A stretch of DNA of 61,235 bases from Macrostomum lignano (taxonomy: Eukaryota): contig NIVC01004082.1 of assembly GCA_002269645.1 (NCBI GenBank), forward strand, positions 1 through 61,235, read 5' to 3'. Positions 37,601 to 61,235 of this stretch are shown piece after piece. The stretch's first letter is position 1; each line of letters starts with the position of its first letter. The position numbers and the translations under genes are program-made. Below the pieces are notes generated by a model. The model saw only the letters and a list, made by a program, of their open reading frames with translations, had not been told where the DNA came from and did no database searches.

Positions 37601-38908
37601 CAAACACTCGTGAGCCATTGGACAAACTCTTGCCTTCTCTCAACCGTCTGCAGGTTTTTGCGCACCGCTGGAATGTCAGCGTCTCTACCAAAAATTTTCG
37701 GTTGCTTTTCCAGAGCTCTGCTGATAGTCGAAATCTGATAACCAACTGGAGCTGTTCCCTCAACTTCTGCTGCATTTCGGCAACGTCAACAAAGGGTTCG
37801 TCTCAACTGCATCGAGCAGCAGTTGGACCTGAGGCTCTCGAGCAACTTGCCTTGGCGATTGCCACCCTTTCGCAGGCGATCTCTGCCGGCAGAGTTTCAA
37901 CGCGCTGCTGGATTCTGTAAACCACCTTTGGGTGTTCACCTCCGTCGAGTGCTTCGATCACAAGCCAATGACATTCGTTCAACAGCCTAGCATATGGTCC
38001 ACAATTCTGGGACTGAGCTGCAAATGAACTAAATGGACCAAATTGATGCTTGTTGGACCAAATTAAATGCCGCTGCGCTAGCCTTGCTACCATAGACAAA
38101 AGCTCCATTACTTTGACAAACATATCTTGGATTAAATTCGATGCACGTAAGCCCAAATGGGCTGCAAAAAGCTATATTAAAATCAAATGGTAATCAGGTG
38201 ACCATGAGGGCCTTTAACGACTCGAAACGCGTCTAATACGACTTGAGTGGCGCGTCACAAGCGCGTCACTTAGAGTCGCAGACGATAAAACGCTTTAAAA
38301 GGACTAAGGCAACTCTTTTACGACTTTTTGGCATTTTATATCTCGTAGTTTAGAATAACTTCTGTCTTACTTTACTGGGACATGAACCTTTTGTTTCTCT
38401 TTGCTGCAGATACGGCGGCGTCAAGGCTCGAACCAGCGACCTATTCGGCACGCAGACGCCGCTGTCAGTTACCAAGCGCCTATTCAAAGGCATTAAAGGT
38501 GTTGAAAATATTTTTACTCAACACCAACCGCTGCTGGCCGACCTCATTGATCAGGCTTGCAAAGCCAAGCTCAAGGAGGCCGCCTATCCGTTCGTGTCGG
38601 CGCCGTCTGCCGCGGCACAGCAGCGACCAGCTGACCTCATTGTCTTCGTTGTTGGCGGCGTCACCTATGTTGAAGCCCTGGCTGTGCACAATTGCAATAA
38701 GAACATACCAGTTGTCAACGTGTTGCTAGGCGGTACATCAGTGATTAATACTCGATCATTCCTTGAAGAGGTGGCCGCCGCTGTCGACTCGTCGGCTGAG
38801 CCGCCGACTTCGGGCGGATCGGCGCCGACTGGCTCCAGCAGCGGACCAGCTGGCGGGGTTGGGCCCGCTGCCAGGCTGCTCAGCGGGATTAAGGCCAATC
38901 GGTTTTGA
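34693..38908 (+). CDS. VPS45: Vacuolar protein sorting 45 (Sec1/Munc18 family), 4 exons, 585 aa
   Basis: Exons 34693-35307, 35854-36258, 37008-37246 and 38410-38908 with GT-AG borders in matching phase. Motifs [56 protein letters not shown] and [14 protein letters not shown]. Confidence 0.97.
36312..36942. repeat. 37-bp minisatellite, about 17 copies, in VPS45 intron 2
   Basis: Unit CAGCTCCTCAGTGAGTGCTGCCACCCCTTTACCCTAC. Confidence 0.97.
37462..38174 (-). mobile_element. Internally deleted Tc1/IS630-mariner-type element in VPS45 intron 3
   Basis: About 140-bp TIRs (37462-37603 / 38033-38174) starting TAGCATTTTGCAG, with TA on both flanks. The minus-strand core holds frameshifted transposase pieces ([15 protein letters not shown]; [18 protein letters not shown]...STISRAL...P.VRKN). 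Confidence 0.8.
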
Positions 38909-39036
38909 CTTTCTAGATGAGCTCTGATTGCTATTCAATATTCGTGTGATTTTGCTTGTTTCCTCTGTGCATGTCTTCTTTCGCTCTCATTTAAGAAAAT
39001 TTACTTTGATGTTGATGTAATCTCGATCCTAAGCCC

Positions 39037-40226
39037 CCTAATTGGGACTTTATAATCCCAATCATTAATCCTTTAAAAGTGATCCCTAATTGGGACTTCA
39101 TAATCCCGATGGCCAATCACCTGATCGGGATCCCTAATTGGGACCTTAGAATCCCGATGGCCAATCACCTGATCGGGATCCCTAATTGAGACCTCATAAT
39201 CCCGATTGCCACTCACCTGATCGGGATCCCTAATTGAGACCTTAGAATCCCGATGGCCAATCACCTGATCGGGATCCCTAATTGGGACTTCATAATCCCG
39301 ATGGCCAATCACCTGATCGGGATCCCTAATTGAGACTTAGAATCCCGATGGCCAATCACCTGATCGGGATCCCTATTGGGACTACATAATCCCAATGGCC
39401 AATCACCTGATCGGGATCCCTGATTGGACCTAATCCCGATGGCCAATCACCTGATCGGGATCCCTAATTGAGACCTTAGAATCCCGATGGCCAATCACCT
39501 GATCGGGATCCCTAATTGAGACCTTAGAATCCCGATGGCCAATCACCTGATCGGGATCCCTAATTGAGACTTATAATCCCGATGGCCAATCACCTGATCG
39601 GGATCCCTAATTGGACTCAGAATCCCGATGGCCAATCACCTGATCGGGATCCCTAATTGAGACCTCAGAATCCCGATGGCCAATCACCTGATCGGGATCC
39701 CTAATTGAGACCTCATAATCCCGATGGCCAATCACCTGATCGGGATCCCTAATTGAGACCTTAAATCCCGATGGCCAATCACCTGATCGGGATCCCTAAT
39801 TGGACTTCATAATCCCGATGGCCAATCACCTGATCGGGATCCCTAATTGGGACCTTAGAATCCCGATGGCCAATCACCTGATCGGGATCCCTAATTGAGA
39901 CCTCAGAATCCCGATGGCCAATCACCTGATCGGGATCCCTAATTGAGACCTCATAATCCCGATGGCCAATCACCTGATCGGGATCCCTATTTGAGACCTT
40001 AGAATCCCGAGGGCCAATCACCTGATCGGGATCCCTAATTGGACTTCATAATCCCGATGGCCAATCACCTGATCGGGATCCCTAATTGAGACCTCAGAAT
40101 CCCGATGGCCAATCACCTGATCGGGATCCCTAATTGAGACCTCAGAATCCCGATGGCCAATCATCTGATCGGGATCCCTAATTGAGACCTCAGAATCCCG
40201 ATGGCCAATCATCTGATCGGGATCCC
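39037..40226. repeat. 48-bp minisatellite, about 25 copies
   Basis: Unit GATCGGGATCCCTAATTGAGACCTCAGAATCCCGATGGCCAATCACCT, with an internal 8-bp inverted repeat. Confidence 0.97.
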
Positions 40227-40808
40227 AAAGTTTTAGTTAAAGTTTCTGATCTGATTGATAGATATATGATCAGCAGAATTCCAAAATACTTTGCAACGCT
40301 TTGGTTTATCCATCTGTACAAACCCGTGTCTCAACTTTGTTAATTCGTTTCTTTTTAAGTTTTCTGATGTTCTCTAGCATTCATGATAATTATGACCTGA
40401 GGAGCGCTTTGTAATTGATGCTTTTTTTAGCTTCATATTTATATTGCATTAGTCATTGTGTGCTCAAGGAACAAAACAAGCATAACTAACCCAGATTTAT
40501 TATATAAATGTTATAAACCATTGTCTAATAATAGCTATTGTCCATAATAACATATTAATCGATGCATAGTAAAACTCTGGTATACTGTCTTGTGATATGT
40601 GCTTTTACCTGTGTTGTGAACTTGAAAATAAATATATAGTCAAATACCTGCCGTTTGCCGCACTGTTGTCTGTTGGTTGATTAATTGCTTTTCTGAGCAG
40701 AATATATTTTTTATTTTTGCACCAGATGGGATATAGGAATATGCGTGATGAACCAATATTTACGAGTGATTGTATTACAGCTCAGTTTCCAACCTCACCG
40801 ACCCTCGA

Positions 40809-41970
40809 GCTGGGCCACCGCCAGCCTCCCAGATCCTCAGTTACTGGGCCAGCCTCCCAGATCCTCAGTTGCTGGGCCAGCTTCCCAGACCCTCAGTTGC
40901 TGGGCCAGCCTCCCAGACCCTCAGTTGCTGGGCCAGCCTCCCAGACCCTCAGTTGCTGGGCCAGCCTCCCAGACCCTCAGTTGCTGGGCCAGCTTCCCAG
41001 ACCCTCGGTTGCTGGGCCAGCTTCCCAGACCCTCGGTTGCTGGGCCAGTCTACCAGACCCTCAGTTGCTGGGCCAGCCTCCCAGACCCTCAGCTGTTGGG
41101 CCAGCCTCCCAGACCCTCAGTTGCTGGGCCAGCCTCCCAGACCCTCAGTTGCTGGGCCAGCCTCCCAGACCCTCAGTTGCTGGGCCAGCTTCCCAGACCC
41201 TCGGTTGCTGGGCCAGTCTACCAGACCCTCGGTTGCTGGGCCAGTCTACCAGACCCTCAGTTGCTGGGCCAGCCTCCCAGACCCTCAGTTGTTGGGCCAG
41301 CTTCTCAGACCCTCAGTTACTGGGCCAGCTTCCCAGACCCTCAGTTGCTGGGCCAGCCTCCCAGACCCTCAGTTGCTGGGCCAGCTTCCCAGACCCTCGG
41401 TTGCTGGGCCAGTCTACCAGACCCTCGGTTGCTGGGCCAGTCTACCAGACCCTCAGTTGCTGGGCCAGCCTCCCAGACCCTCAGTTGTTGGGCCAGCTTC
41501 TCAGACCCTCAGTTACTGGGCCAGCTTCCCAGACCCTCAGTTGCTGGGCCAGCCTCCCAGACCCTCAGTTGCTGGGCCAGCCTCCCAGACCCTCAGTTGC
41601 TGGGCCAGCCTCCCAGACCCTCAGTTGCTGGGCCAGCCTCCCAGACCCTCAGTTGCTGGGCCAGCCTCCCAGATCCTCAGTTGCTGGGCCAGCTTCCCAG
41701 ACCCTCAGTTGTTGGGCCAGCTTCTCAGACCCTCAGTTACTGGGCCAGCTTCCCAGATCCTCGGTTGCTGGGCCAGTCTACCAGACCCTCAGTTGCTGGG
41801 CCAGCCTCCCAGACCCTCAGCTGTTGGGCCAGCCTCCCAGACCCTCAGTTGCTGGGCCAGCCTCCCAGATCCTCAGTTGCTGGGCCAGCTTCCCAGACCC
41901 TCAGTTGTTGGGCCAGCTTCTCAGACCCTCAGTTACTGGGCCAGCTTCCCAGATCCTTAGTTGCTGGGCC
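40809..41970. repeat. 28-bp minisatellite, about 41 copies, immediately 5' of the MRM2 core
   Basis: Unit GCCAGCCTCCCAGACCCTCAGTTGCTGG, with no stop codon in any + frame. Confidence 0.97.
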
Positions 41971-42073
41971 CCATACTCCAGTATAATCCTACAGCGTATA
42001 TCCTCCACACAGAATATTTCAATAAGGAGCCGAGCCAAGTCAATAATCAGCTCCCAAACTCTGCTGTTGCAGC

Positions 42074-43458
42074 GCCGCGCCTATTGCGCAATCCGCAATC
42101 CCGGCAATCCGTGGGTTGTCCGGCAGCTCCGCGATGTTTACGTGCGCAAGGCCCGCTACGAGTCCTACAGATGCCGCAGCGCCTACAAATTGATGGAGAT
42201 GCACGAGAAGCTGAACCTCTTCCAGCCCGGCCAGTGCATTGTTGAGTGCGGCGCCGCTCCCGGCTCCTGGACTCAAGTGCTCGCTAGGCAGCTCAAAGGA
42301 CCCCAGGTTTGCCTCATGTTTTTTATTACTATAGCTAACCTTATCTCCCGGCAGGCTTGCTTCTGTTCGTATTTTATTCATCGGGGTTGTAGCCTAGTGA
42401 GGGGTTGTAGCTTAGTGAGGGGTTGTAGCTTAGTGAGGGGTTGTAGCTTAGTGAGGGGTTGTAGCCTAGTGAAGGGTTGTAGCCTAGTGAGGGGTTGTAG
42501 CTTAGTGAGGGGTTGTAGCTTAGTGAGGGGTTGTAGCTTAGTGAGGGGTTGTAGCCTAGTGAAGGGTTGTAGCCTAGTGAGGGGTTGTAGCTTAGTGTGG
42601 GGTTGTAGCTTAGTGAGGGGTTGTAGCCTAGTGAGGGGTTGTAGCTTAGTGAGGGGTTGTAGCCTAGGGCTTGTAGCCTAGTGGTTAGAGCATCGGACTT
42701 ACGACTGAAATGTCGCTTGTTCGATTCCCGATCCCACTCGGAACGATTTGTATTTTTGAGCAAGACACTTAAGTCTGCATTGCTTCAGTTCATCCAGCTG
42801 TAAAATGGGGGCCAGCATCAACTGGGATAATTGTGGGTGTATGTGGAGTGTGGCGACCCCCCAATCCTTGGACTGAACAGCCGTACTCAGCCTTCAGATG
42901 CGCCGCTGTCGGTTGCACATCGGCCTAAAAATATAAACTGGAAATATTTTATTTTTGGGAGCTCAATTCAAGGTCATTGTCTGTCACTTTCTCAGTCTCC
43001 CCAACACATTCTACCAGGTTCCGGAGCCGGCTCGCAGCCAGGCCCTGATCGTAGCATTCGACCTTCAACACATCGCCCCAGTGCCGAATGCCGTCTGCCT
43101 CTCCGAGGTGGACATCCGATCTGCCCAGTGTCTGGCATCGCTGCGAGAAGCTCTGACGGACCGACCAGTCGATTGGGTGCTCTCCGACATGGCGCCGAGC
43201 GCTTCCGGCGAGCGTAGTCTCGACTCCGCCGTCTGCGTTGAACTCTGCGAATTGGCGCTTCAGCTGTGCCTTCGTCTGGGCCGGCCGGGCTCCGGCTTTG
43301 TCTGCAAACTTTGGGACGGCGCGGAGACCGCGCGCCTAGAGGCGCCGCTGCGTCGATTCTTTACTGGTGGCGTGCGGCGAGTCAAACCGCCGGCTAGCAG
43401 GGGCGACTCAGCCGAGTTCTACTTTGTTGCCCGCGGCCTCCAACTGCCGTCTGCCTGA
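42074..43458 (+). CDS. MRM2: FtsJ/RlmE-family 2'-O-rRNA methyltransferase (mitochondrial MRM2 type); true start unresolved
   Basis: WVVRQLRDVYVRKAR...YRCRSAYKL, SAM motif ECGAAPGSWTQV, LSDMAP, FVCKLW and KPPASRGDSAEFY give the K-D-K-E tetrad. The intron 42307-43017 is phase 0. The start coordinate given is a candidate acceptor (TTGCAG|CGC). Confidence 0.9.
42383..42666. repeat. 18-bp minisatellite, about 16 copies, in the MRM2 intron
   Basis: Unit GGGGTTGTAGC(C/T)TAGTGA. Confidence 0.96.
42667..42890 (+). mobile_element. tRNA-derived SINE with CORE-like domain
   Basis: A-box TAGCCTAGTGG and B-box GTTCGATTCC, then TTGAGCAAGACACTTAA...CTTCAGTTCATCCAGCTGTAAAATGGGG, resembling the MIR/CORE-SINE core. 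Confidence 0.7.
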
Positions 43459-43471
43459 CTGACTTGTGAGC

Positions 43472-43985
43472 GTGACTGGCACTCTTGAGTAGCTCTAGTG
43501 TGATCAGGCAGTGTGACTGGCACTCTTGAGTAGCTCTACTGTGATCAGGCAATGTGACTGGCACTCTTGAGTAGCTCTACTGTGATCAGGCAATGTGACT
43601 GGCACTCTTGAGTAGCTCTACTGTGATCAGGCAGTGTGACTGGCACTCTTGAGTAGCTCTACTATGATCAGGCAGTGTGACTGGCACTCTTGAGTAGCTC
43701 TACTGTGATCAGGCAGTGTGACTGGCACTCTTGAGTAGCTCTACTGTGATCAGGCAGTGTGACTGGCACTCTTGAGTAGCTCTACTGTGATCAGGCAGTG
43801 TGACTGGCACTCTTGAGTAGCTCTAATAAGATCAGGCAGTGTGACTGGCACTCTTGAGTAGCTCTAATAAGATCAGGCAGTGTGACTGGCACTCTTGAGT
43901 AGCTCTAATAAGATCAGGCAGTGTGACTGGCACTCTTGAGCTCTACTAGGATCAGGCAGTGTGACTGGCACTCTTGAGTAGCTCC
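43472..43985. repeat. 39-bp minisatellite, about 13 copies, starting 14 nt after the MRM2 stop
   Basis: Unit GTGACTGGCACTCTTGAGTAGCTCTACTGTGATCAGGCA. Confidence 0.96.
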
Positions 43986-44001
43986 TATATGTAGGATCAG
44001 A

Positions 44002-44491
44002 CAGTGGGACTGGCATGGCACCCTTAGGGCAGTGGGACTGGCATGGCACCCTTAGGGCAGTGGGACTGGCATGGCACCCTTAGGGCAGTGGGACTGGCAT
44101 GGCACCCTTAGGGCAGTGGGACTGGCATGGCACCCTTAGGGCAGTGGGACTGGCATGGCACCCTTAGGGCAGTGGGACTGGCATGGCACCCTTAGGGCAG
44201 TGGGACTGGCATGGCACCCTTAGGGCAGTGGGACTGGCATGGCACCCTTAGGGCAGTGGGACTGGCATGGCACCCTTAGGGCAGTGGGACTGGCATGGCA
44301 CCCTTAGGGCAGTGGGACTGGCATGGCAACCTTAGGGCAGTGGGACTGGCATGGCACCCTTAGGGCAGTGGGACTGGCATGGCACCCTTAGGGCAGTGGG
44401 ACTGGCATGGCACCCTTAGGGCAGTGGGACTGGCATGGCACCCTTAGGGCAGTGGGACTGGCATGGCACCCTTAGGGCAGTGGGACTGGCA
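44002..44491. repeat. 28-bp minisatellite, about 17 near-identical copies
   Basis: Unit CAGTGGGACTGGCATGGCACCCTTAGGG. Confidence 0.97.
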
Positions 44492-44894
44492 CTTCATGTT
44501 GTGAAGTCAGCGATAGACTGTTCTGTCAGCTTTTACGCTCGAAGACAGCAGCGACGAAATGCCATCATTTGTTTCTTTACTATTCAGTCGCCTGTTTAAA
44601 TTCGAATACATAAAGAGATTACTCTGCAATATCGAGTGCCATCTGTTATCAAAACTGGTAATTTTCTGATCAACTTTAACACACTGTCTGTATTCCAGCA
44701 TTTCTATATTTAATTTAAATTTTAGTTTTTGTGTGATTGAGCTTTTAGTTCTGTATAATTTGTAAAATATAAAATTATTTGCATTTGTCTGGTATAAATT
44801 CAAACATTGGCGTAAACCTTTATTTTTATATATAATCCTAGGAATTTAAACACCTGTTGTGGAGGCACCAAATAAAATAAGGCTATCACCGAAT

Positions 44895-46215
44895 GCATCT
44901 CAGCAATTCCCCCTTGAGCCTTGGCTTATCAGCAATTCCCCTTGAGCCTTGGCTTATCAGCAATTCCCCCTTGAGCCTTGGCTTATCAGCAATTCCCCCT
45001 TGAGCCTTGGCTTATCAGCAATTCCCCCTTGAGCCTTGGCTTATCAGCAATTCCCCCTTGAGCCTTGGCTTATCAGCAATTCCCCCTTGAGCCTTAGCTT
45101 ATCAGCAATTCCCCCTTGAGCCTTGGCTTATCAGCAATTCCCTCTTCAGACTTTGGCATCTCAGCAATCTCTCCTCGAGCCTTGGCATCTCAGCATTCTC
45201 TCCTTGAGACTTGGGCATCTCAGCATTCTCTCCTTGAGACTTGTCATCTTAGCATTCTCTCCTTGAGACTTGTCATCTTAGCATTCTCTCCTTGAGACTT
45301 GGGAATCTCAGAATTCCCCCTTGAGACTTGGGCATCTCAGCATTCCCCCTTGAGACTTGGGCATCTCAGCAGTTCCCCTTGAGACTTGTCATCTTAGCAT
45401 TCTCTCCTTGAGCCTTGGCATCTCAGCAATCTCTCCTTGAGACTTGGCATCTCAGCATTCTCTCCTTGAGACTTGGGCATCTCAGCAAATCCCCTTGAGC
45501 CTTGGCTTATCAGCAATTCCCCCTTCAGACATTGGCATCTCAGCAATCTCTCCTTGAGACTTGGGCATCTCAGCATTCTCTCCTTGAGACTTGGGCATCT
45601 CAGCATTCCTTCTTGAGACTTGGGCATCTCAGCATTCTCTCCTTGAGACTTGGGCATCTCAGCATTCCCCCTTGAGACTTGGGCATCTCAGCATTCCCCC
45701 TTGAGACTTGGGCATCTCGGTATTCTCTCCTTGAGACTTGGGCATCTCAGCATTCCCCCTTGAGACTTGGGCATCTTAGCATTCCCCCTTGAGACTTGGG
45801 CATCTCAGCATTCTCTCCTTGAGACTTAGGCATCTCAGCATTCTCTCCTTGAGACTTGGGCATCTCAGCATTCCCCCTTGAGACTTGGGCATCTCAGCAT
45901 TCCCCTTGAGACTTGGGCATCTCAGCATTCTCTCCTTGAGACTTGGGCATCTCAGCATTCCCCCTTGAGACTTGGGCATCTCAGCATTCCCCCTTGAGAC
46001 TTGGGCATCTCAGCATTCCCCCTTGAGACTTGGGCATCTCAGCATTCCCCCTTGAGACTTGGGCATCTCAGCATTCCCCCTTGAGACTTGGGCATCTCAG
46101 CATTCCCCCTTGAGACTTGGGCATCTCAGCATTCCCCCTTGAGACTTGGGCATCTCGGTATTCTCTCCTTGAGACTTGGCATATCAGCATCCCCCGCCCC
46201 CCGAGCCTTGGCAAT
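44895..46215. repeat. 29-30-bp minisatellite, about 44 copies
   Basis: Unit GAGACTTGGGCATCTCAGCATTCCCCCTT. The 5' copies are GAGCCTTGGCTTATCAGCAATTCCCCCTT. Confidence 0.96.
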
Positions 46216-46342
46216 TGCTTTAGCCCAGAGATTAGTGATTAAGTCCGACATAAAATCATGATCATTGCATATCAGAATTGCCTAAGCATCTAGTCATATC
46301 TGAATAGCTCTGCTTCTGCTTCATGTTCCAAGCTTACCTGGC

Positions 46343-59598
<13,256 letters not shown>

Positions 59599-59839
59599 GG
59601 GGGGGGGGGGGGGTAGGCTACGTAGAGTCAAACTGAGTAGAGTGGGCGTCGCTTTTGTGTTAGTCTCTCAATGAAAATAGGTAGCCAAAAGTACCTAATT
59701 GAAGATTCCTTGAACCCGCCGCGCCCAACTTACTCCTCTGCCCACCCTGGCGCACTTTGAGCGACATTGTCGCACAACCGGCGAGAACCATTACTGCCCA
59801 TTCCGCTGACTCCCCTGAGCAGGCGCACAAGCGCGCGGA

Positions 59840-60095
59840 TACGTACGCAGTTATGCGCACAGGCACACACTCACACAGGAGTGTACAGCGACCCTAACTT
59901 TATTTATCGCTAGGTTAGAACTACAATTTTCATTTCACTGTGCTTTGTGGGTTTGGCCCTCAAGGCCGTTAATTGCACGAGCAGAGCCAAGCCGAGATTA
60001 CAATTTAGCCCCAAATTAATTGTGACTGCACTTGGAATCGAGCCTGGGCCGCTGGTACATCGGAGCACCGCGCTAGACCAAATAGGCTACGGCCC
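59840..60095 (-). mobile_element. tRNA-derived SINE copy (same family as 19040-19600)
   Basis: Minus-strand head GGGCCGTAGCCTATTTGG (A-box) ... GGCTCGATTCC (B-box), with shared 3' segments. Confidence 0.6.
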
Positions 60096-60657
60096 CTATC
60101 TGCCCACCTCACTCACTCCAAACCCATTCCATACTCAATCTTGACCAATCGATCTTTTGTAGTTCTCAGCTGGATTAACAACATTTTTGCAGTACAATAA
60201 ATCGACTATTTTTTCTTGCGGAAATCAAGTTTTTATAGACGGCGAGAGAACAAAAAACTTTGTTTAGTTGAAGCACTTTAATCTGTATTTCATTTTCTTT
60301 GGATTCTAAGCTTTCCAGACTTTTGCAAAAGTGCATAACATACTTTTGTGTCGCTTTTTTAAAGCAGCTATGCTTTTAGTCAACTTGTAGCTTTTCAAAG
60401 TTTAAATTATAGTAAGCAGACCAAATTTATGCTTGATACGATATATCAACTGTTGATATATTTGAACTGTGTTCACACAAACAGTCGGCTTTTGGTCACG
60501 TGTTTTTTGTTTTCTTTATTGCGTCACAATTTCCAAACAGTTTACATGTAAACTGACTGCAACCTTTGTTCGTTTGTTCAATTGCACTGCTTTGTTATTT
60601 TGTGTTAAATATATTGGTTACCTTTTTATCAGTGGGGCAATGATCCTTCGGTTGAGA

Positions 60658-61155
60658 TCCGCACCTACCCTCCCATCCTTCTTGGACATCCGCCCCTACC
60701 CTCCCATCCTTCTTGGACATCCCCCCTACCCTCCCATCCTTCTTGGACATCCGCCCCCTACCCTCGCATCCTTCTTGGACATCCGCCCCCTTCCCTCCCA
60801 TCCTTCTTGGACATCCGCCCCCTACCCTCGCATCCTTCTTGGACATCCGCCCCCTTCCCTCCCATCCTTCCGTAGACATCCGCCCCCTATCCTCCTATCC
60901 TTCAGTAGACATCCGCCCCCTACCCTCACATCCTTCTTGGACATCCGCCCCCTACCCTCCTATCCTTCAGTAGGCATCCGCCCCCTACCCTCCTATCCTT
61001 CAGTAGGCATCCGCCCCCTTCCCTCCCATCCTCAGTAGGCATCCGCCCCCTTCCCTCCTCAGTAGACATCCGCCCCCTACCCTCCTATCCTTCAGTAGGC
61101 ATCCGCCCCCTACCCTCCCATCTTTCAGTAAACGTCCGCCCCCTACCCTCTCATC
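60658..61155. repeat. About 32-bp C-rich minisatellite, about 15 copies
   Basis: Unit CATCCGCCCCCTACCCTCCCATCCTTCTTGGA, drifting to ...TTCAGTAGG/A towards the 3' end. Confidence 0.94.
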
Positions 61156-61235
61156 CTTCAGTAAGCACCCGCCCTTCGAACGCTGCCTTAGTTATAAATG
61201 AGTTTGTGTTATCTATTTTATTATTAATTATAGTT

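Noticed and set aside
39037-40226. CRISPR-like look of the palindromic 48-bp array (and of the other arrays)
   Set aside because: There are no unique spacers, the units are contiguous near-copies, no cas genes are present, and the context is eukaryotic.
42667-42740. tRNA gene (also at 60027-60095 and near 19550)
   Set aside because: A and B boxes are present, but there is no complete cloverleaf or acceptor stem and the sequence continues into SINE body.

Overview
Eukaryotic (metazoan) genomic DNA with GT-AG spliced genes, many transposon fragments and about 11 different minisatellite arrays (roughly 19% of the window, hand-summed). The style is compatible with a repeat-rich flatworm such as Macrostomum, but that is inference only. 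Host genes: a two-exon small secreted Cys-rich protein (2313-2768, +, only its second exon is in the ORF track), an ABCA transporter (-), fructose-bisphosphate aldolase (-), VPS45 (+), an FtsJ/RlmE-type rRNA methyltransferase MRM2 (+) and CHEK2 (+). The clearest mobile element is a complete 3.48-kb THAP/P-superfamily transposon with 44-bp TIRs and a 7-bp TSD. Others are a LINE ORF1 5' end, two internally deleted Tc1/IS630-like elements with shared termini, and a CCC-terminal TA-flanked element with a nested Gypsy LTR end. There are also hAT, mariner and two Crypton-type fossils, tRNA-derived SINEs, and a Penelope-like element with a minimal hammerhead ribozyme. Six apparent frameshifts can all be repaired by adding one base to a homopolymer run, which points to long-read consensus errors. 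The most unusual observations are a VPS45 intronic array whose unit is a complete 30-nt GT-AG mini-intron plus a 7-nt micro-exon, arrays whose seed sequences are visible nearby, and an array that is stop-free in all three frames and fused in frame to MRM2. All calls come from manual reading, with no database searches.
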